64,000 nt of DNA from Candidatus Bathyarchaeota archaeon (GTDB lineage Archaea; Thermoproteota; Bathyarchaeia; Bathyarchaeales; Bathycorpusculaceae), in NCBI GenBank assembly GCA_963770935.1, contig CAVYRJ010000014.1, forward strand, positions 32,001-96,000, in the 5' to 3' direction. The notes under the pieces are model-generated. The model was not told where the DNA came from. It did no database searches and was given only the letters and a program-made list of their open reading frames with translations. How positions within the stretch are numbered: position 1 is the first letter of the stretch; each line of letters starts with the position of its first letter. Shown piece by piece: positions 55,733 through 64,000 of this stretch. Both the position numbers and the translations under genes were made by a program.

Positions 55733-57523
55733 TTAGAGACTCCATATTTGAACTATGTTTGATGCAATTAACGCAAGCATAAAGTCGAAGACTAAGATGC
55801 CTGCGATGAAGGCTTTGCTGGGTTTAGGCTGGTCTTCAAGAACACGGATGTTGCCGTCGTAACCTCGGGCGTTCATAGCAATGAATGTGCGTTCACCCTG
55901 CTCAAGAGTTCTAATGAAGAGGTTAGCTGCAAGCAGCGATGTGGAGCGAATACGGTTAAACCAGCCAGTTTGTCCCAGCCGCAGTTTCTGTGCAGTGCTC
56001 ATTTTTGATGAAACTTCCATGAACACGAATACGTAGCGGTAAATGAGCAGGCTGATTTCGACGAGGATTTTGGGGATGTGAATTTTTCTTAAGCTTATAA
56101 AAACGTCATTCATGGATGTGGTGAGCACAAGGAAGAACAAACCTGAAACAGCGCCCAAGACGCGGAAGAAAGTTGTGAATGCAGTAACGATGCCGTTATT
56201 GTAGATGGCCCATTTAAACCATGGAAACGCAAACTCCACAAGTGGCGTGCCGTTGCCAAAGAACAACGCTATAAAAACGCAGCTTACCGCGGCAAAAATC
56301 AGCGGGTAAATCAACAGGTCAAAGTAGAAGCGCCCCGGAATCTGCGCTACCAAAACAATCAGCACGACTGCTATAATGAACACGGTTATGGGAACGACAG
56401 GTGAGGGTGATAGGACGCTAAGTATCAGCATGGAGACTGCGAAAAGGATTTTTGTTGTTGGACTTTTCTTAGCAAGCGAGTTGGTGTAGGCGTAGCTGTC
56501 GATTTGTGCGGACAGGTTGCTGTGGTCTTCGCCGTGACTGTGGTTTTGTCGATGCATGTTATGTTGTAACTGCGTTTTTGCTTGTTTTCGACGTGTCCGA
56601 ATAACTATGTAAGCGATTATGCAGGCACCGATTAAGGCTTGCACATAAAAAAGGATAGTTACCCACTCGCTCGGCAGAGTCAAAACGGGGCTAAACCATG
56701 GTTGATACCCCTGCGAAATAATGATGTTTGCCGCGGCGTCGTCCGTACCTGCCATGTTAGTAGAGACAAAAACTAGCGGTGTAATAAAGAGCGTTAATAA
56801 TAAAGCAATTAAAATTGCGTAATGTTTCTTTTTGAGTTGGAATTGCTTCTCGGGGATTCCCGCAATTGGGATATGGATAACTTTTAAAGCGGTCAAAATC
56901 TGGGTTTTGTATTTTATAAGAAATTCAAATATGAAGACAGCAAGAATTCCTTCGGCAATTGCGAGCGGTATTTGTGTAACTGCGAATATACCGGCAAATT
57001 GGAGAAACGCCTGCGTAAAGCCTGTTGCTGGAAAAGCAAGAGCCAACTGGAATGATGTTGTGAGGTAGGTAAATAGGTCACTTAAGGCTACTGCAAGAAA
57101 CACGCTTGCTTGAGTTGGCACACGAATTTTCCTGAACAAAATCCAAGTAACATATCCGACTAATGGCCCCACTATTCCCATAGAGAATACGTTTGCGCCC
57201 AATGTCGTTATGCCGCCATGGGCAAGTAGGGTGGCTTGAAAAATCAGGGCAATCATTGATAGAACCGAAGCGATTGCGGGTCCAAAAACTATTGCTGCTA
57301 ATCCTGAGCCTGTTGGGTGGCTGCTGCTACCAAAGAACGATGGCAACTTGAGGGCGGAAACAACGAATATGAATGCTCCCATGAGGGCGAGGAGAGGTTT
57401 TGTTTCAGGGTTCTTTTTTGCGATTTTGGAGAGCTTGTAAATTCCGTATGCTACGATTGGAATCATTATTGCCCACCAGATTTCCCACCAGGGGTGCGGC
57501 AGGAAGCCCTCCATAATGTGCAT
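55733..57523 (-). CDS. cbiM: Fused cobalt ECF transporter CbiM-CbiN-CbiQ
   Basis: MHIMEGFLP CbiM N-terminus, SHPTG, HGGITTLGAN; GTDD..YQPW (CbiN); His-rich linker; YRY..MNARGYDG (CbiQ). Confidence 0.9.
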   Translation of the reverse strand: MHIMEGFLPHPWWEIWWAIMIPIVAYGIYKLSKIAKKNPETKPLLALMGAFIFVVSALKLPSFFGSSSHPTGSGLAAIVFGPAIASVLSMIALIFQATLLAHGGITTLGANVFSMGIVGPLVGYVTWILFRKIRVPTQASVFLAVALSDLFTYLTTSFQLALAFPATGFTQAFLQFAGIFAVTQIPLAIAEGILAVFIFEFLIKYKTQILTALKVIHIPIAGIPEKQFQLKKKHYAILIALLLTLFITPLVFVSTNMAGTDDAAANIIISQGYQPWFSPVLTLPSEWVTILFYVQALIGACIIAYIVIRTRRKQAKTQLQHNMHRQNHSHGEDHSNLSAQIDSYAYTNSLAKKSPTTKILFAVSMLILSVLSPSPVVPITVFIIAVVLIVLVAQIPGRFYFDLLIYPLIFAAVSCVFIALFFGNGTPLVEFAFPWFKWAIYNNGIVTAFTTFFRVLGAVSGLFFLVLTTSMNDVFISLRKIHIPKILVEISLLIYRYVFVFMEVSSKMSTAQKLRLGQTGWFNRIRSTSLLAANLFIRTLEQGERTFIAMNARGYDGNIRVLEDQPKPSKAFIAGILVFDFMLALIASNIVQIWSL

Positions 57524-57539
57524 TTCTTTGGGTCCTCTT

Positions 57540-57557
57540 ATGGTTGGTTAGTCCATG
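57540..57557 (-). promoter_or_regulatory. Putative operator CATGGACTAACCAACCAT after TATA-like GTTAATAA (57572-57565)
   Basis: 15/18 match to the hemA site with the same 7-nt spacing from the TATA box. Confidence 0.6.
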
Positions 57558-57595
57558 TGAAGACTTATTAACTTTCGTTTAACTAAAGTTAAACT

Positions 57596-58441
57596 GTGGT
57601 TGAATTGAAAACATCCAAACAAACCAACGTCCTACTGCGGGACAAAGGCGAATTCACAAAATTCCAAATTCTCTTTGAAATAATGCGTAACCAGCCCCAT
57701 ATCAAACAAAAAGATATCGCCGACGTACTTGGAATAACAATTCAAGCTGTCTCGAAATACTTCAAAAAACTATCGAAAGAAGGCTTCCTTGAAGCTGGTT
57801 CAGAACGTGCAGACTATAGGTTAACTGCTAAGGCAACGGCAAAACTTCGCGATGACCTGGGAAACCTTGAGAATTATGTGTTATCGATTAAGCATGAAAT
57901 GAAAATTGAACGTGCCCTTCCAGCCTTAGCTACGCAGCCCGTCAAAGCAGGCGAAGAAGTTGGCATAATTATGAAAGAAGGCATTATGTACACAGTGTCC
58001 AAAGACAATCTAGCTGCAGAAGCAAAAGGCATAGCCATGACAAACGCCGATGCAGGAGAGGACATAGGTTTGAAGAATCTGCGTGGCAAAGTTAAGTTGA
58101 GACAAGGAAAAATCCTCATAATAAAACTGCCAAGTATAAGAAGAGGTGGCTCAAGAACTGTTGACTTGGCAAAAGTCAAGGCTATCTACGGAGAATTCAA
58201 ACCTGATAGAGTCGGCGTTATGGGCGCAGTAGGCAGAGCCGTTCTCAACAAGCTCGGGCTTAAGGCTGACCTAGAATTTGGCATAAGTAGTGCCGCAGCA
58301 ATAGCTGCTTCACGCGGACTAAATGTACTTGTGCTTGTTGTGGGCAGAATGGTAAACCGAGTGATCGAAGAAATAGATCTGATAAACATGAAGAATGCTG
58401 CAGAAGTAACTTACGAGGTCAAAGACGGAAAAATTATTTGA
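57596..58441 (+). CDS. Winged-HTH transcriptional regulator with C-terminal putative ligand-binding domain
   Basis: QKDIADVLGITIQAVSKYFKKL..EG HTH; divergent from cbiM. Confidence 0.85.
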   Translation: MVELKTSKQTNVLLRDKGEFTKFQILFEIMRNQPHIKQKDIADVLGITIQAVSKYFKKLSKEGFLEAGSERADYRLTAKATAKLRDDLGNLENYVLSIKHEMKIERALPALATQPVKAGEEVGIIMKEGIMYTVSKDNLAAEAKGIAMTNADAGEDIGLKNLRGKVKLRQGKILIIKLPSIRRGGSRTVDLAKVKAIYGEFKPDRVGVMGAVGRAVLNKLGLKADLEFGISSAAAIAASRGLNVLVLVVGRMVNRVIEEIDLINMKNAAEVTYEVKDGKII

Positions 58442-58637
58442 TCTAAAAATGGGGCGCGTGCCTGAGATTTTTTGTTTTTACGGATCCTAATCGATTGATT
58501 ATTTTGGAGATCACGACACTTTTCTATCGGGACCTAAAGTAATTCAGAACTTCAGAAACATAATGATAAGTTCCAAATCGATGGGATAAGTAATTATAAT
58601 TCATAAAGCCTATTTTTAAAACAAACCCGATTGAACC

Positions 58638-59135
58638 GTGATTCCCAATATGCCCTCAAAACCGCTTTCTATATTCGACTTGATGAATGAAGAAAGCGAA
58701 AACAAGGTTGATGAAGAGGCAGAAAAGCGAAAGCGACGTAAGGAGTTATTAGAGCCTACAGGCGTAAAGGAGCTCTTCAAAGAAGGCAAAATCGGCATCA
58801 ACAAGTTCACATGCGTGGGAGGGCAATGCAAACTCTGCATCAAAGCTTGCCCAACCAATGCTTTGTACTGGGGCACTGGCGGAGTTGGGGTAACTGAGGA
58901 TTTATGTGTTTACTGTGGAGCCTGCGTGCTTAGCTGCATGGTGGATGACTGCATAAAGGTTGAGCGGAAACGCGACGACGAGAAAGTGGAACGGTTTAGC
59001 AAGCCCAGAGACGTTATCAAGGTTGGCGAGAACCTCAATACGCAGAAGCGATTAGCAAGGGCTAAGTCAGTTTTACCGACCATTGAAGACTACTGCGAAA
59101 AACGCAATGGTAAGAAGGCAGACTTGCGTTCCTAA
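58638..59135 (+). CDS. 2x[4Fe-4S] ferredoxin-domain protein
   Basis: CVGGQCKLCIKACP and CVYCGACVLSC. Confidence 0.88.
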   Translation: MIPNMPSKPLSIFDLMNEESENKVDEEAEKRKRRKELLEPTGVKELFKEGKIGINKFTCVGGQCKLCIKACPTNALYWGTGGVGVTEDLCVYCGACVLSCMVDDCIKVERKRDDEKVERFSKPRDVIKVGENLNTQKRLARAKSVLPTIEDYCEKRNGKKADLRS

Positions 59136-59170
59136 AAAGGAAAAGGGTAACTAAGCAGGAGTCGTTGTAC

Positions 59171-60334
59171 TCAAAAACCAAGCTTAACGACTGAAGCCAC
59201 TGTTGCAGTTCGGGTGGTCAACTCCAATTTTCCCCCAAACCCTTTCTTTGCATAAACATTTTCCAAAACAACTTTGTCGCCGATTTTTAAATCCTTGAAA
59301 GCTTCCGCGTGTTCCCTCCAAGCCGAAACACGCACGAAGCCATGGTCGTCTTTTAGGTCGAAAACTGCCAGTTTGACCGTTTCGCCTTTAGATGTTGTGA
59401 CTTCTCTGTTTTCGCGCACAGCAGATACGATGCCTTCAAAGTTAACTATTTGATTCTCAGCCAACCTCGCAGTTTTTGTAAACTGTTTTGCGGCTGCTTG
59501 AATATCGATGAACGTGTTGGAGTCTACATGAACTTCTAAACCGCCGCTTTGCCCATCTTTTACCCTAGCATTAATCAACAATAACCGTGCGTTTGCTTTC
59601 ATGGTGTTTTCCAGTTCTGTTGCTTTCTCGTTCCAAAAAACAACAGTTACCTGACCAGAATCATCCGCTAAAGATAACCTTGTGACAGTTCCGACGCTTG
59701 TGTCGCTTTTAATGAAGGTGCTTTCGCCTAAAATCTCCTTCACCGTCCCTGAAAGGTTCACGTTGCCCGACAAGTTGTTTAGGGACCTAATTTTTGTAGC
59801 AAACTTCTCAACGGATGGATATTGATCGCCTTTGATATCTGTTTCAAATTCAACTTGGCTTTTGTTGCCAAGATGCAACTCAGTTTTACCATAACGGTCC
59901 TCCCGCGTGTACCCATGAACCAACCTGACCGCTTGCCCAGCCTTAAGCTCACCCCTCTCAACCAACTCAGCCTGCTCATTCCACAAAACAACCCGCAATA
60001 ACCCCTCATTATCCGCAAGCATTAAAGTGGCAAATTTTCCTGATTTTTCAGCACCTTGGAAAGTCTTAGCTGGAAAAACGGCGATTAAACGGCCTGCCAC
60101 AGTAACATCATACAAACCCGCAAATAACCTGCTAGTTGATAGGATTCCGCTGCTATGAATCGTGTTCTGCTGGACCACAACACCGAATTTGGCTGCTATC
60201 AACCTCAGAAGAGTTTCATCGCCAAGTAACCCCCCCGTTCTGGCTCTTTCAGCTTGCAGCCTTTCTAGGATTTGCTCTTGGCTGATTTGGGGGTTTTGTC
60301 GTTGGATTTCCTGAATTAAGTCTTGGGTGGTCAT
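59171..60334 (-). CDS. Replication protein A-like multi-OB-fold ssDNA-binding protein
   Basis: Three repeats of L.D..G.(L/V).V..W.E. Confidence 0.85.
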   Translation of the reverse strand: MTTQDLIQEIQRQNPQISQEQILERLQAERARTGGLLGDETLLRLIAAKFGVVVQQNTIHSSGILSTSRLFAGLYDVTVAGRLIAVFPAKTFQGAEKSGKFATLMLADNEGLLRVVLWNEQAELVERGELKAGQAVRLVHGYTREDRYGKTELHLGNKSQVEFETDIKGDQYPSVEKFATKIRSLNNLSGNVNLSGTVKEILGESTFIKSDTSVGTVTRLSLADDSGQVTVVFWNEKATELENTMKANARLLLINARVKDGQSGGLEVHVDSNTFIDIQAAAKQFTKTARLAENQIVNFEGIVSAVRENREVTTSKGETVKLAVFDLKDDHGFVRVSAWREHAEAFKDLKIGDKVVLENVYAKKGFGGKLELTTRTATVASVVKLGF

Positions 60335-60444
60335 TTTGCGCCGACACGATAAAGTATTGTTGGAGCTTTTAATTTTTTGCATTCCCGCAGGATACTGGCT
60401 ACGTTTATTAAAAACGCTGATTCCTCTTTATTTGAGGTAAAAAG

Positions 60445-60705
60445 GTGGATCTCACGGTTTTTTACACCCTCGGCATAGCATTGATTGTTGTCGGAATCAT
60501 TATCATTGTTACAGCAATCATTCTTGCCTCCGTGGGCGATGCAAAGAAGGGAAAGCTGAGTGCTGCGGGCGTTATTATGATTGGACCAATTCCAATAATT
60601 TTTGGCACAGACAAAAAATCAGTTAAAACCTTGTTGGCGCTGGCTTTAGCCTTAACCGTAGTTGCATTAATAATTATCATCATAAATTACTGGTTGCTGA
60701 GGTAA
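60445..60705 (+). CDS. DUF131 membrane protein
   Basis: GVIMIGPIPIIFG. Confidence 0.85.
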   Translation: MDLTVFYTLGIALIVVGIIIIVTAIILASVGDAKKGKLSAAGVIMIGPIPIIFGTDKKSVKTLLALALALTVVALIIIIINYWLLR

Positions 60706-60710
60706 TTTGA

Positions 60711-61007
60711 TTGTTGAGTGTTGATGAAGCTGAGGATGATGGCATCAGCATATCGAATCGGTTGCTTGGTTTTTTGCTTTTAGGGATAACGTTGGTTTTT
60801 GTTGGTATTGCGGTTTTGATTGTTGCATCATTTGTTTTTGGTGGGTCAGGAAGTGTTGGCGGAGTAATTTTGATAGGTCCTTTTCCAATTGTTTTCGGCG
60901 CTGGACCTGATGCAGGTTGGCTCCTTGCAATAAGCGTTATCTTGACTGTTGTAAGTGTAATCTTGTTTTTAGTAATGAATAGACGAGCAAGAAGACTTAG
61001 CTTTTAA
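60711..61007 (+). CDS. DUF131 membrane protein
   Basis: GGVILIGPFPIVFG. Confidence 0.85.
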   Translation: MLSVDEAEDDGISISNRLLGFLLLGITLVFVGIAVLIVASFVFGGSGSVGGVILIGPFPIVFGAGPDAGWLLAISVILTVVSVILFLVMNRRARRLSF

Positions 61008-61015
61008 AAAGGGGT

Positions 61016-61138
61016 TTACTCGTTTGTTTGTTCTTCTTCTTTGCCATAGTAAGCGTACATGAAGATGAGTAGAAGAGCAATAAACACTGAGCCTACTAGG
61101 ACATATTGTAAAGTTACGAAGTATGCGCCTACATCCAT
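61016..61138 (-). CDS. 40-aa single-TM microprotein (not in ORF track)
   Basis: GGAG RBS; MDVGAYFVTLQYVLVGSVFIALLLIFMYAYYGKEEEQTNE. Confidence 0.65.
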   Translation of the reverse strand: MDVGAYFVTLQYVLVGSVFIALLLIFMYAYYGKEEEQTNE

Positions 61139-61183
61139 TGAGGATTCTCCTTGTAATATCCTAATGTTGTAGCATCTTCATAT

Positions 61184-61597
61184 TTAAGCAGTAGCTTTTT
61201 TCCACTCATTCATCAACATATCAAAGCATTCGTCATTTTCCTCTAAAATTTCAAACCACCCCAAGTTTGCTGCGATTTTCTGCGTCAACAAATGATAGCA
61301 CATATGCACTTTCTTGTCTAAAACGCGAAAGTAAAAGTCGTCGCAGGTGCAGAATTCCGCCTCTGGCATAATCAGATAATCTCTTTCTCTGCCAACAACA
61401 ATCCAAACTGTTCTGCCACTGGGTTTGAAAATGTATTTTTTGACTCTTCCTTCTTTTAAGGCATCGAGCGATTTTGTGAATCTTGGTCCAAAAAGCTCAT
61501 AGAGCTCCGTCAGGTTTTCGCCGGACAGTTTGCCCGCTGTTTTTGCTTCTCTACAAATAACGTTTAACGTATCAATCTCTGAATTGCCGCTCATCAT
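61184..61597 (-). CDS. SWIM zinc-finger protein
   Basis: FCTCDDF...CYH. Confidence 0.85.
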   Translation of the reverse strand: MMSGNSEIDTLNVICREAKTAGKLSGENLTELYELFGPRFTKSLDALKEGRVKKYIFKPSGRTVWIVVGRERDYLIMPEAEFCTCDDFYFRVLDKKVHMCYHLLTQKIAANLGWFEILEENDECFDMLMNEWKKATA

Positions 61598-61645
61598 TAC
61601 ACTCGCTAATATGAAGGACTATGTGAAGGTGGAGTTGTTGGACTT

Positions 61646-62242
61646 TTAGACTATGTCGATTGGTTCGCCTTTCGGTTTGCCTGAAACCTCAGCTTTAGGA
61701 AGCACCACTTCTAAGACGCCGTTTTTGTAGCGAGAGTTTGCCTCTTTAACCCTCACTTTAACTGGCAACTCAACTTCCTTAAAGTACTTATACTGTGGCG
61801 TATCAACTGAAACCGTCAGTGAGTCTTCTGTGCCGTGGAGTTTTATGTCGGTTTTTTCTACTCCTGGCAATTCCGCGACTACATGGACATCGTCGATTGT
61901 TTCCATTATGTCAACAAGTGGTTCGCGTTCATCTTTAACCTGCGGCGTGCCCTTGAGTCCTTTTTTGATATTTCCAAACTCCTGGATATCTGGCTTGCCG
62001 TCTGGACCAATCTTCATGCTGTAACCGTAAACGAAGGGTCCAAGCTCTTTAACTGTGCTGCCGTCTGGCAGTTTGCGTTCCTTAACGTATTCTTTGGGGA
62101 CTTTTTCCGTAAAAGATTTGAGTTCTTCATCCATCATTTTTTCCATATCACGGAACATGTCATCTATGTTGCCAAAAGGGTCCTTCGATGGACTGCGACG
62201 TTTTCTGAACCATTCAGGAGTATCCTCGTTATCTGAAGACAT
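61646..62242 (-). CDS. hsp20: Archaeal small heat-shock protein
   Basis: GPFVYGYS..IGPDGKP..EFGN, AELPGVEK, YKNGVLEV. Confidence 0.94.
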   Translation of the reverse strand: MSSDNEDTPEWFRKRRSPSKDPFGNIDDMFRDMEKMMDEELKSFTEKVPKEYVKERKLPDGSTVKELGPFVYGYSMKIGPDGKPDIQEFGNIKKGLKGTPQVKDEREPLVDIMETIDDVHVVAELPGVEKTDIKLHGTEDSLTVSVDTPQYKYFKEVELPVKVRVKEANSRYKNGVLEVVLPKAEVSGKPKGEPIDIV

Positions 62243-62879
62243 ACAGTCACCAACCTATAGAGGAGATTTTCAATCCAATAAATTTATTGCAACAAATATC
62301 AGGATTAGGGTTGCAATAGTTTTTTCTTGGTATTTGATTTTAAGGGGTTAATATAAACAGCAACTTCTAGTCGATTGACCCAACAATGCTTCTTGATATT
62401 TAGGTCTGTTCTGGGTTGCAGGGGATTGTGCATATTGCTTCCAAAACCTAAAGTCAAATTTGACTTCAGTACCTCACAATCATGTCATTCCAATTCTCAA
62501 GGGTTAGACGTTAAGATGTATCCTGTCCAGAGGGGCGTACCTGTGGATGGCTCCTAAGGATTTGCAGGTGAGGCTTGAGCGTTTCAAAATTACTCGTTAC
62601 CAGATAAGCCAAAGAATTCTGAGAATGAACAAGCGTTTGGAAAAAGAACTCGGAGCGCATATAGCAGTGAAAAGAGTCTGGCATTGTGCACTGACTAGTT
62701 TTGCCTTTGATGCTTGGGGTGGAAGTGAAGAAGACAGATTTTAGTAATGATGCCTAAAATTCAAATTCTCTTAACTTCATCAAAATATGAATTAAGTGAG
62801 TTTGTGGTTTTTATCGATAATTATATATGGGCAAAACCATGCAGTTGTAATAAGTTTTGTATTCTGAGGGAAAAATAAC

Positions 62880-63905
62880 ATGGCAGTGCCAAAAAGACAA
62901 AAGTTCATAATTGTAGCCGTTATCATTTTGGTTATAGCCATTGTTTTAAGCTTATTTATTTACCTCAATTCCCAGAAATCATATGCTGGCAAGGTCGAGT
63001 CTATCACCCTTGGAATTTACCCTTCTGAATACTCTTCGTTAGTTTATATCGCAAACGACCAACAATACTTTTCAGTTAACGGACTTAAAATAACATTAAA
63101 GAACTATCCTTCAGGATCTGCGGCTGTTAGCGGAATGCTGAACGGGGAAGTAGACGTTTCCACGGCATCTGAGTTTGTCATTGCTAATAATGCAATGCGG
63201 AATGCAAGCATCTATGCATTTGGAAGCATTTCTAAGTACCTAAATTTGTATGTGGTTGCAAGAACTGATGTCGGTATCAATAATATCTCTGACCTTGAAG
63301 GGAAGAGAATTGGACTTGCCTTGGGAACTGGTAACCAATTCTATCTCGGCAGATTCCTCGATTTAAACGGCTTAAACCAAAGCCGAGTAACGATTGTTAA
63401 CCTCAACTTTTCAGAAACACCCAATGCTCTCGCAAACGACACCATAGACGCCGCAATTACGTTTCAACCATACATAAACCAAATTCAAAGCCTCTTAGGC
63501 AACAGAACTGTGATTTGGCCAGCACAAGCTGACCAATTTGGCTATTTTGAAGCAATTTGTCTCAAAGACTGGGCAATAGCGCATCCAGATTTGATAGTTC
63601 GGTTCTTAAATGCATTAGTTCAGGCTCAAAATTTTAACCTTGACCATCCAAATCAAGCCATGGATATAGTTGCAAAGGATCTGAATTTCACGAGTTCATA
63701 CATAAATTCTGTTTGGTCAGAATATCAATACTTGGTCACTCTTGACCAATCCTTTATTTTGCTTATGCAAGATGAGAGCAGATGGCTATTAGACAACAAT
63801 TTGACTAACGCGAGTGCAATTCCCAATTTTCTAAACTACATTTATGTCGACGGATTGAAATCGGTCAGCCCTGAATCCGTAAACATAATAGGCTTGGGCG
63901 ACTAA
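62880..63905 (+). CDS. NrtA/SsuA/NMT1-like solute-binding protein
   Basis: N-terminal anchor; I..ISDLEGKRIG, DAAITFQPY, PNFLNYIY. Confidence 0.85.
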   Translation: MAVPKRQKFIIVAVIILVIAIVLSLFIYLNSQKSYAGKVESITLGIYPSEYSSLVYIANDQQYFSVNGLKITLKNYPSGSAAVSGMLNGEVDVSTASEFVIANNAMRNASIYAFGSISKYLNLYVVARTDVGINNISDLEGKRIGLALGTGNQFYLGRFLDLNGLNQSRVTIVNLNFSETPNALANDTIDAAITFQPYINQIQSLLGNRTVIWPAQADQFGYFEAICLKDWAIAHPDLIVRFLNALVQAQNFNLDHPNQAMDIVAKDLNFTSSYINSVWSEYQYLVTLDQSFILLMQDESRWLLDNNLTNASAIPNFLNYIYVDGLKSVSPESVNIIGLGD

Positions 63906-63907
63906 AA

Positions 63908-64000
63908 ATGAGAATAAAAAACCAGTTTCGCATAAGTATTCTAATATTTATTTTAATTTTTTCAATAATCGCCGCGGCAATATTTGTATCTCAGCAGCTA
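63908..64000 (+). CDS. Membrane protein N-terminus (possibly a sensor), truncated by window end
   Basis: MRIKNQFRISILIFILIFSIIAAAIFVSQQL starts 2 nt after the binding-protein stop. Confidence 0.5.
   Translation, partial: MRIKNQFRISILIFILIFSIIAAAIFVSQQL

Noticed and set aside
62375-62744. Short ORFs, one faintly like tyrosine-recombinase box II (WHCALTSFA)
   Set aside because: Catalytic Arg/His pattern is absent and no other integrase segments were found.

Overview
Archaeal chromosomal segment, most likely Bathyarchaeia (inferred from gene content and signals, not from a search). It has four parts. (1) 1-6.4 kb: glyA, serA, a translationally coupled diphthine-ammonia ligase/class I glutamine amidotransferase pair, and a LonC-type protease. 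(2) 6.4-12.3 kb: an AT-rich, gene-poor accessory stretch next to an intron-containing tRNA-Ser(GGA), with a strongly structured putative ncRNA divergent from a DUF559/Vsr-like nuclease and several unannotated microproteins. (3) 12.6-37.8 kb: core genes, including aIF5B, SAMP, MEMO1-rps2-eno, a near-complete lower archaeal mevalonate/isoprenoid cluster, gltX, SRP19, rps8e, ilvD and cimA/leuA. (4) 38-58.4 kb: a tetrapyrrole and anaerobic corrin biosynthesis island full of single-base frameshifts, probably consensus errors; ferredoxin, RPA, DUF131, SWIM, Hsp20 and a solute-binding protein follow it. The best candidate new system is a cobalt/cobalamin regulon: a wHTH regulator sits divergent from a CbiM-N-Q triple-fusion cobalt transporter, and one 18-bp operator-like motif (CATGGnnTAnCCAACCAT) lies exactly 7 nt after the TATA box of both the cbiMNQ-O and the hemA-cbi operons.
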